From Anthoceros angustus (Eukaryota > Plantae > Anthocerotophyta), in contig MU008188.1 of NCBI GenBank assembly GCA_010909165.1, positions 124,001-188,000 of the forward strand: 64,000 nt of DNA. The letters are read 5' to 3'. Each line of letters opens with the position of its first letter. Position 1 is the first letter of the stretch. Under the pieces are notes generated by a model that searched no databases, had not been told where the DNA came from, and saw only the letters and a list, made by a program, of their open reading frames with translations. The translations under genes were made by a program, and so were the position numbers. Below, piece after piece: positions 35,690 to 46,000 of the stretch.

Positions 35690-38430
35690 ACAAAACAAGG
35701 CTGGACTCAGGCACCGCCGACACGCTATCCATGACTACTTCTACGGTCTTGACGCGCATGATCCGGGTCTTCAAAGTTGTCGTTCTCCTCCATGATATTT
35801 CCTGTCCGAGGAGCCACCTCCACAACTGATGGCTTGTCTTGGAGGCCACTGTGTCCAATGTTTGCTGCCCAACGTCAAGGATCTCTGATCGGCGCTTTCC
35901 TCCCGGAAGACCCCAAAGAAACAACTTGAGCTTGTGACAAACCTTTTCCGACAATGTCACTTCTTTAGCCAATCGAGTTGGACCCGGCGGTGAGGCTCGT
36001 GGTCAACTCCTCATCGGTCCGCAAAACTTCATATCCATGGATCCTCCGATGTATGAACTCCGCGCGCTTGTCCACATCCACGAATGCAATTCGACCGCAG
36101 GAGAGCAGCCATCGTTGTCGATCCACTTCGCACACGCGTCTAAAATCCAATCTCCTCCTTCGAGAAGTTTTTGATGATTCTCATCATCGTGCCCAATGGC
36201 CTCACGCACACACCACCAATCGAGGGATGTGTATAGCGCTTCTTCACGATGTCATGCCCAATGATGCACGTCCGTTGTTGAAGGAACCTGGACATTATTG
36301 GGGAGCATGGAAATTTTGGCCAACGCTGTTGTTACCCACAGAATGTATTCCATGTTGTCGTAGCCCCTAGGTCGTTCTCGCATATTAGTCTTGTCCCATA
36401 CAAATGACACCAACCCTCCCCCAGTGCACCACTTTCGCATTGCCTCCCTCACTGTGTGGTGCTCCTCCACACCGTGCATGACTATCATCCGTATCTCATC
36501 GCAACTTGTCATATCATGGAAAGCATGGAAAACCATACTCAGCTGCTGCAAGCCCATAGTGACATCATGTTTTCCCTTGTTAAATCCTCGGGGCACATCC
36601 ATGACCATCAATGTGTTTTTCTGAATCCGCAGGAAGCCCCTCATGTCAACGATATCCCTTGCCATAACCTGGTACTTCACAATATTCTCTGTTGTCGGAA
36701 CTGTGAAAGATTGCAGGCCTTCTTCCATGTCCATGTCCGCCATAGCCCTCTGCTCCTCCTCCAAGCCTTTCCAAGTGTGCACTTCAAGCACAAAAGCTTG
36801 AAAAGCGTCTGGTAGTTTCTTCAGTCATCCACATCCTTTACTTGCTGTAAACGACAAAAGATTATGTCAATATAACGGACGGACATTCACTGGAAGGACA
36901 TTCAGACAAAGGCATATCGGAAGAATGGGGCGCCGCATGCCGCGCCCCGTCGCCATTCTAGAGACCTTCTCGAATGGGAGGCGTGATGGGGCGCGATGCG
37001 GCATGGAGCGCATCATAGAGAATCCTCGCAAGTCTAGTATTGACGGCGCGAGGGACGCGCCGCATGCGGGCATGCCTCCCATTCGGCGGCGCCCCTAGCG
37101 CATTCGCGGCGCGGCGGCGCCGCATGCCGGCGCCGCCGTTCTCGAGGGCGAGGGCGGGCATGCCGGCGCCCGGCCCTCTCTCAGGAAAGCAACGAGTGGA
37201 GAGGATAATGGAGGATAAAGACACCTACCTTTCCCTCAAAGCGCCGTTTGAAATCTTGCGATGACCTCGTCCAGAGTGTTGAGGATATTCTTGCGGACTT
37301 GGTCGAATGAGTCACACCCCAAGTGCTTGGCCATCGCCACCGAATCACATGAAACTTCTTCCTCGGGTGATTTCCTTCGCCATCCCATTGAGGTCCGAAG
37401 CCCCAAAACCTTCTCTGCACTTATCAACATTTGTTGCCCACTTTCCTGTGGGATGCCTTGAAAACTCCTCCAAGGCTTGCCTTGCATCTCTTTAGGCTTC
37501 AACAATGCGCCATCCCCTTGGGTCAAGTGACTTTACGTTTGCCCTTGCTCTTCTTGCTTGTGCACGCTGCAACATGTTTACTGTCCGCAACTCCATGGAC
37601 TCCCACTTGCTGAATATCTTGTCCACATTCGCCCACACTTTGCCTTCCAACCGAGATGCATAGAATGTGGGTCCTGTTCTCTTGCATCCTCTCGGCCTTC
37701 GCTGCCGATCACCCCAAGCACCTTGTACAAGTTGAATTTCCAGTTCATGGTCATGTTGACACCATCCCTCTTCGCGATTTGCAGCTGCCTCTCAAATACC
37801 TCACCGCTCAATAAAATTCATCTTCCGCCTCTTGTCGGACATGGTGTTGTGGTGGCTAAGACTCTCATTTCCGAATAGTCGACCACAATACACATGAGCC
37901 TCAATTGGAGGCTTGCCTTCCTGTGATATGTCCGCAAGGTGCATAGTGCATATGTATGGTTTCCTCAAGCACTCCCATCACATATTTTTAGCCGAACTTA
38001 CGCCAATCCAACGACTTGATATCATTGCATTACGGATCAATCATGCAAAGCGAGGCAAGACTCCTTCCTCGATTCTCCCTTTGAAATCACCACAGCTAGG
38101 TAGTTCGCCCAAGCCTCGTCCACTTTTCGGATCCGGGCATCCGGAGTCGGAAAGAAGCGGTCTCAAGTATTCCAAACCAACGAGCGGTTTCCGGAACCAC
38201 TTTCTTCCCATATGCGGCTTCTCTAAGTCTTCAAATAATCCTCATCCAACGCGCCTCCAACCTTTCTTCATCATCGACACATGAAGTGTAGGAATATCTT
38301 GGATGGCGATGGCTTGCCCCATCATTGTGCCTTTCTTCCTCCCATGGTATGCGCTGGTTCCCCTTCGCTCGATCACATCTGCGGTAGGTGCTTTCCGCCT
38401 GTAACATCCGAGGATACTCGGGCACCACTG
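35690..38430 (-). pseudogene. Spliced gene: ParB/Srx-like domain followed by beta-class N4C/N6A DNA methyltransferase domain
   Basis: MTase: LMVMDVPRG (motif IV position, D at 36599), FVWDKTN..EYILW, then MMRIIKNFS..EGDWILDACA[G]SGSTTMAALL..R..VDVD (motif I, ~36070-36200, small indels). ParB-like: RIRKVDEAWANYL (~38095-38135), MGVL[G]GNHT (~37953-37975), EAHVYCG, HHNTMS..MNFIE (~37810-37855). GT-AG intron ~36845-37229. Confidence 0.75.
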
Positions 38431-38605
38431 AATATTGATCGCCGCATGCCGGCGCCATCCCGCCGCCCGCCGCTGCTGACGGCGGTGCATGCCCACTGCC
38501 CCTTCCTCCCGGCCGCATCTGTTCCCACTCCCGCTCACCCTTGGTTGGCTTGGTTCCGTGACCGCGTCTCCATATGTCGCGCCGCTTTCCCATGGAAGGC
38601 ACATC

Positions 38606-38629
38606 AAGGCGCCGGCATGCCGGCGCCTT
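38606..38629. repeat. Perfect 24-bp palindrome AAGGCGCCGGCATGCCGGCGCCTT
   Basis: Equals its own reverse complement. Confidence 0.95.
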
Positions 38630-38687
38630 CTTCGACCGTCCAGCGGCAAAACCAAGACACTTGGGGTGCCCAATTCACGCATGGCAT

Positions 38688-38713
38688 GGAGGGCGCCGCA
38701 TGCGGCGCCCTCC
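38688..38713. repeat. Perfect 26-bp palindrome GGAGGGCGCCGCATGCGGCGCCCTCC
   Basis: Equals its own reverse complement. Confidence 0.95.
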
Positions 38714-40249
38714 CTCCTCCTCCCCGCCGGCATATGTGCTTGCAGAGCTGCCGGAGGTTCGGCGCAAAGTCCATGATGATATCCGCCTTCGCATCTTCCT
38801 TCGGACCCGCCCGCATCCATTGTCCGAGTACATCCGGTATAGGGCCATCTTCTCGCCTAAGGGCCCAGCCTGCTAATCAACATGAGAGGGTACTGGTCCT
38901 CAATTGCGAACTCGGCTCGTTTGTTCTTCGGAAGACATCTCCCTCCTGTGATTAATCAGACGTGATGACCCCACGAGGCATCTCAGAATCTTCCCGGCCG
39001 CAAACAATAGTGTTGAAATGTCGATATCGGGATGGGGAGGAAAGGTGCGAAGTGAATTTGAAGGCCTAAGTGGCCACGACTGGTTTCCGTAGGCTTTCTC
39101 GAAATTGCATTGCCAGCTCCTTTGGTTCACATTTCTTCGCTTGAAAGCCATCTATCACGAAGAGGAACACCTTGTAATCATCCGGGTGTGCGGCAAATTA
39201 TCAACGCCATAGGGTCTTGATGTGCGAGCACTTGCACCTCCGGATGCAATGTGTCCATCTCCAAACTTGCCCACAATACCCATCCGGCTCTTGAGCTGAC
39301 AAGAGCCCCTGTAGCTGTAACCCACAACTTCAACAAGGGTGTCCATATTGCCCCATCTTCCGTGGCTCACTTGGGTTAGAAACCATTCTTTGTCCAATGC
39401 CGCTTTCCTCAACTGGCTTGTGTGTCTCCGCATAGCACTGCCTCCTACGTGTATGGCGATGGATTGGGCCTGGGTGCTCTTCTTTTGCTCCGAGACATTC
39501 CACTCTTCTCCTCTGTTCCTCCATGCGCTTTGGTGCTGCTGTCTTTGCTGAATTCAGACCCGCCTTAACACCGCATGGAGTTAAAAAGCACGGAAAAGAT
39601 GGATTCGACACCAACATGCCTGAAAACGCTCACCGCAATGGAGATTCGCAACGCATCTCCTGCCGGCGCCGATTTCGCGCCTTCTTCGCCTTCACCACAA
39701 TCCCGGGTTGTCGCTGCCCGCAGGTCTTTCTTGCTACGCCGTCCACTCGCCATAATCCGCACCCCTCGTAATCAACGACACACGTGTGTGAGTTGGAGCA
39801 AAGCTAGCGATTGCCACAATACCTTCGACGGCGTCCCGATGATCGCCTCTAGCCCGATCGGCTGCACAATCGCCCAGCAGATGGGATTAGCGCCGAATTG
39901 GGCGAGTTGCGCCCAAGGTGCTCGCCGCGATGGTGTGCTTCCGGATTACGCCCGCGCCACCTCCGAGCACTCCGTCGAGCTTCACCGCAAGAAACGCGCG
40001 TATGACGGGGCTCTCGGTTATACCCTTTTTAGAAGCGGACATCCGAAGAAACCCTAATGTGGTGACGGCCAAATATAGACCACGCCAATATTTAAACCCC
40101 AATAGCCTTATTTATACCGTATGACACTATCTCGATCATTACAGTAATGTTATATCACAATAAATGCAATCTATTTTCACCGGATATCCATCGCCGCCAC
40201 CGAACCATCGATGCAATGGCGGTGAGTCAATCGACGCACCGCATGTCTT

Positions 40250-43060
40250 ATGCCCTCTTAATTGAATAGCGATCACCGTGTTGGACGGCAAGCAATAAGA
40301 GGGAGGTTTCGTGGTTGAAGACCCATCCGGTATGTTCCAAGCTTGATGTTCGTTGCTTTTGCCGATCGTCTAAGTCGGGCAGCCGCCAAGATGCATTCTA
40401 TCCATGGCTTGACGAGGATGAGGTATTCTCAAGTCAACTGGTGATCATTTACGCTACGAATGTGGGAAGTCATTGCACGCCCCTGCTTTGTTCTAACGCC
40501 TGCGGAGGTCCTTGTTCATGGAGTCCGTGGGTGCAACAAGGTCCTTCTCATTCATGCAGAGAAGAAGAAGGTCTTGGAAGGGACGGAAGGAACTCATGGC
40601 ACCATCGCTTACGCCCTAACTCAAGCCCGGCACAATCCCTACTAGAAGGTCATTTCTTTGATACCCACTCCATGCCTTTGCAGAAGACCAAATGTCACAA
40701 TGGCTGGATCCTATGTGTGGTTCACATTTTGCTGTTGTTTGACTTGAATAGCAAGGTGTCACAAACGCGTAGAAATGGTCTGCTTAACTGTGCTTTGTTC
40801 CATGGGATGAAACCGATGGTCTTCCTTTGCAGGGCTAGGAGAACACAGGCGACCGCACCCGAATGTAGGAATACCGCGGTATTTGCCACCTACTCCCGGA
40901 ACTTGAATAGGTGTGTGGCTGTGGGTGGAAGCCCAGGTCGGAGGGAGAAAGGCGGTCGTCAAATCCAGCCTCCCAAGGGATCGATCGGATCGTTTGCGAT
41001 GCGAACACCACCGTGGTGGGCGTTCATTCCGTTGTTGATGTGCCGCATACACCTCGGAGGAAACGAAATGGTGTCTCTTATCATCAAGCCGATGAGTCGA
41101 CAATGCGTGAGACGAATGTTTTGCCGATTCAAAGAGGCGAGCAGTGTCTCTTTACGGAAAACCGACGGCGATTGTGATGGCGACGGCGAAGCCATGCCGC
41201 AACAAGTTGTGTCTTCCTATTTTGTCAAGGGATGGTCTTCGAGAACAGAGGACCAGGTTCTTGAGGCTAGGCGGAGGGAGTTATTCCTTCAATCTCTTGT
41301 TAGACCGGATGTGAATGCCAAATGCAGACAAGGTTGTCACCTACATTATGGGAGAGCCCCGATGCCTGTTCGAAAGCATTTCATCGCATAGGCTCGCAAG
41401 ATACGACGAGTTGAAGAATGTGGTATTGCAACGCACCTTGGGATGGGGCCAAGCCGAATCCTCGTGTGCAATCCTCACATGCTCACGATCGCGTGGATGG
41501 ACTCAACATTTCTTCTTGGCGGAAAGGTTGCCCAACGTTGAAGTGTACAACCTTCCGGACACATTCACTAAACTTGAGGTTTGGAATCGATCATACGACA
41601 TGGAACAAGGGCTGGTTTGTGTCATATGCATATTTCCGAGGCTATGGATGTAAAATTTTAAGAGGGTGAAAATTCAAGTCCAACCGGTTTCGACATGTGC
41701 GTTATGCGCGGGTTGAAGTACAACATCCGAGTACGGTCATCGGATTGATCAAGGTATGCCAAAGATACTGCCTCCGTCATTTCGCATAGAATCTTGTAAT
41801 AGGTATCATACTCTTTCCGAGAGCTAACCCTCTAACGTAGCCGCCGCCAGATGCAGCCGAATGCCGCCCTAGCTTCCACGGCGACAGCCATGTTGGAGCC
41901 ATGGAATGAAGGGCGACATGTGATGCCTGTGAGGAAGTGCGCACGCAGCGCGCTGAGAGATCACGGTGCCGGCCCGAGAGGCGGTGGCGCCCATGCCGGC
42001 GCCATGCCTCACCGGGCGCGCGGGCCGAGAGGGTGGCGCCGAGTGCACCGCTTCGGCGCCACGGCGCCTCGACGGGCCGCATGACATCGATGGACGGTTG
42101 CCGCGGGCGCCCATCCGCCGAATGCCGAACCGAGGGAGGCGATGCCGCATGCCGCCGCGGCCGGCGCGCCTACCCACCGTCACGGCATTCGGCGCATCGA
42201 TGGGAGCCGGCGGCCGCGAGGGCGGCATGCGGCGCCTACCCACCGTCACCGCATTCCGCGCACCGATGGGAGGGCGTCGGCCGGCCGGCATAGGGGCGAC
42301 GCGCGCCTCCCCATCGTGAGTTGTCGGCGCTCAAGAGTCCTCTCCTGGCATAGGTGCACCCCGGATGGTTGGGCGCGAGCCTTCCTCTGCCCTATCATGC
42401 CTATGCCGTGGAATGGCATTGGCACGCGGGGTGCCTCTGATGACATGTTTCCGGCATGGTTGGGGAATAAAATGTTTGTATTTTTGAATGGGCTAACCCA
42501 TTGTGGGAACTAACCCCGCTGTCCTTTCTAACTGGTTCAGTGCTGTGTTTAGCAGATGTATATCAGGACGCTTTAAATAAACATCGAACACAGTTGATGA
42601 ACGAGAGGAAGAAGTTGATGAAGCATCGCACTAAAAGCTACATCGCCTCGTAAATACATATTACTATGCATTGACGGATGGATCAAGAAGACGGAGTTGC
42701 CGCATATTTTGAGATGGTCAAGGACTGAAGGAGGATCGCCGATACCAATGGTGGGCTGCATGGTACACAATTATACTTTGAAAGCCGGGCGTATCTCCAC
42801 TTTGCGAACTGAGGAATGATGCAAACTTGACTATTGCTATTATTCGTGACGTTATCCACACGTATAATGGGTTCCTTCCAAAATTCTATATTTGCACCGG
42901 ATAACACATGCCGGAGAATAAGAACCAGCTTGCTTTTATGCACTCAATATGCTTGTTGAGGTGGGCACCTTGAAAAGGTGAAGGTCGGATTTCTCCTCGT
43001 AGGGCATACACACGACCAAGTGGACCAGATGTTCTCTTGCTTTTCTAAACATCGAGCACA
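40250..43060 (+). pseudogene. DUF7869-type (Sola-like) RNase H-fold DDD/E transposase, intron-containing, 3'-truncated
   Basis: ERLPNVEVYNLPDTFTKLEVW..SYAYF..W..F..VKI..RF.TCALC (41520-41720); intron ~41754-42551; HRTQLMNER..CIDG[M]DQKKTELPH (~42580-42705); NDANLT; LPKILYL..DNTC.ENKNQ (~42875-42930); VKVGFLLVGHTHDQVDQMFS (42978-43040). Confidence 0.85.
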
Positions 43061-46000
43061 AGGAGGTGAAACCCTACCAGCTAATGGAAAACGTGAGCAC
43101 GAGGAAAGGAAGCGGAGGAAGGTGAGGGACGACTCACCGCCTCGGAAACGCGCGGCGTGACGCGTGAGAAGGAGAAGGCCACCCAAAGAACGGGCGAGAC
43201 TACCCAGTGGCACCTGAGGATAAACAGGCCTACCCGGTGAGGAGGCGAAAGGGCCAAGGGAAGGAGGAGACGGTGCGTTCCTCGATATCCGGCAAGTGGC
43301 GGCGATCTTTGGAGGATGAGTGAACAGCTCACCCGCACGAAAAGAAGAAGGTGGCGAGCGGTGTTGATCCGCCGGTAGGGTCCCACGGCGGAGGGATCAT
43401 CGAACTTTACCAATAAGGTCGGAATCGACCAGCGTGGCTGCAAGCAGGAAACCTTGTCGAGATAAGATCTCCGGTTTACGGCGTTGCTTGTGCGAATTTG
43501 TGGGTTGAGACGGGTTGCTTGCGGTGAGTCCGAGGTCACGCAAAATTGTGAAGGAGGCGATCAGGGGAATCCCTGAAGTGGTGGGGGTGAGGAAACGGCC
43601 GGTGGAGGTAAATGTGGTCGAACTCATTGATTTGGGGGCACCCGAGATTGAGGTTGAAATTGCAGGATGCTTGGTGCCCAACGTGCCATTAGATTCGGGA
43701 TCGGGAGTCAACTTGATGACGGAGGAAACAGCTCATCAACTTGGGTTCACTGAGTTTCACCCAGCCCGAGTATTCTTACGGATGGCCGACCAGACGAGGA
43801 GGAAGCCATTGGGAGTGCTGAAGAATGTACCAACTGTGATTGGGGGTCTCACCTTCCATCTTACCTACATTGTGATGCGGCCGGTTTCGGATTTAGGCTA
43901 TAAGGTTTTGATAGGCAGGCCTTGGTTGTATATGCGCATGTGTTTTGATTTTGGTCGTAGTGGCATCACCTTCAAGTCCAGTAGAATCGGACCTGCGGCG
44001 ATCGCTTTTGTGTCGTGGAGCAAGGCTCCTATGAGGGGGAGTCTGCACTCGTCTGATGGGTACACCTCAGGTAGCACGGGGGTAAGCTCCTCGGGCGGGA
44101 CCAAGCATCGGGACCTTGGTCGAAATAAAAGTTGATTTGGAGTATTCATGCTTGCACGTAGAGGATGTCGTAGAAGAGTCAGAAGATGAGGCACATAGAG
44201 AGGGAGTAGCCTTTTGGAAGGGTAAAGCCTACGACCGAGATTTTCCGAGGAGGGTCCGAACCGATAGTAGCGTCAGGAAGGACATACATGATCCCGATGT
44301 GTAGAGGACTTAGAGTTAGAACCCGGCAAGGTAGTCAAGGTTTCTAGGTATCTAGGACAGATAGAGAAGAGAGTTTAGTGGCGCTTAGGGAGTATGTCGA
44401 TGTGTTTGCCTTCATTATTGACATGACAGAATCCGGAAGGCGGGATACATCGAATCGACTTGAAGGAGGCAGCACTCGGTGAGGATCAAGCAATCATGAA
44501 TCCCAAGTATTCCATGGTTGTTAAGGATCAGCTCGACCAATATTTGGGCGGGGAGTAATCTACGGTGCTCACTCGAGTGGGTCGCACCAATTGTGATTGT
44601 ACCAAGAAGCGGCAGGAAAGGTTCGGGTATGCGATTTGAGAAGCTCAATGAACGAAGAAGGATCATCACCCTTTGCCTTTCATGGACAGGTGTCTTTGGA
44701 CACGGTGGCGGACATGAGATGTATTTCTTGGTACACAATCGGTTTTTCCGGAAGGAGGATCGGGACAAGACAACATTCACAACGGATTGGGGAACGCTTA
44801 TTCAAGCTCCCTTTCGGGTTGTGCAATGCCCCGCCACTTTCCCGTGGTGAGCGCGATATTCGAGATTTTTCGGAAGTTCATGGAGGTATTCTGGATGATT
44901 TTGCGTGTTTGGGAGGAGAAACACGCATCTAGACCATTTGAGACAATGTTTCAGTGCAGTCGAACATGAAACTTCATCCGGAAGTGTTATTTTGGCATGA
45001 CGAGGGCATTTTGTTAGCACATCGAGTCTCTGCGAGGATTGCGGTAGATAAGGAGAAAGTAGCGATATAGGTGAGATGGACGCACCACAAAGCGGTGAGG
45101 AGTGCGTGCTTTTGTAGGGCTGGTAGGATATTACAGAGGTTCATCAAGGACTTCGCCAAGAAGGCGCCTTGTTGACACAATTGACCAAGAAGGATACACC
45201 TTGAATGGAATGACGAGATAGGCTTTTGAAAGGACAGCTTGGTGAGCGCACCAACGTTACAACCGCCCGATTGGGAGAAACCGTTTCAATGTGTGATGCC
45301 ATGCATCTTAATTTGAGAGGAGAGCAGGATCATCCGATCTTTACTAACGGAGAGAGACGGAGAATTACTCAAGAGGTCTGGTCATTTTTGTTAGTTTATG
45401 AATGCTATGCCGCTTGCACAGGCGTCATCCGATCTGCATTTGACTGAGAAGTACTCGAACAGACGATTGGTATCGAGAAGAGGTTGCAGGTGGCCATGTT
45501 GACCATTTTGCGTTGAGTATCTTGTCAACAACGGTTGTCGAGGATTGCCAAAGTGTGCTGAGAGGCCAAAGGGAGCGACATCAGCGATTTCTCGAGGAGG
45601 ACTTGAGCATGAGGATACGAGGGTGCATGGGTCAAGGAGGGTGAGCATGTTGAAGCAAATTGATCAGCAAGTCTTGTTGCAGAGGCCAAATGAGCAAGAA
45701 GGGGCGTTGTGCGAAAAGGCAGGACAATGGAAATCGAGAGGAGATAGGAAGCGCCGATGGGCGAGGAGGAGGAGGAATGCTCCTCAAGGGTGAGCAGTCG
45801 GAAGGCTGCAAGTGGAGGGAGAGGAAGGAAGGAGGTGCACCATGACAAGTTTGAAGAAGACTTGCAGGAGAAGGAGGTGGCGATTCATGGGAAATCACCC
45901 AGAGGACATGGAGGTGCGGGGAAGGCGAGGTCGCCATGGGAGCACGAGCTGGACCTCAGGACGAGGCTAGCAGGAAATGGAGATCGGCCCATTCGGAGGA

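Larger units (their letters stand above)
35400..43060. mobile_element. DUF7869/Sola-like DNA transposon with divergent ParB-methyltransferase cargo; right end cut by gypsy-C, left end approximate
   Basis: Transposase (+) and cargo gene (-) are head to head and share the same GC-rich palindromic motif in their non-coding parts. Confidence 0.7.

Noticed and set aside
40315-41391. 358-aa ORF as one real protein
   Set aside because: The recognisable transposase motifs start downstream or in other frames; this ORF appears to run through introns or wrong frames.
41777-42513. Overlapping GC-rich ORFs
   Set aside because: They arise from the GC-rich palindromic repeats inside the transposase intron.
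35400-43060. Bacterial or phage contamination as the source of the MTase
   Set aside because: The genes have spliceosomal GT-AG introns and are nested among plant LTR retrotransposons.
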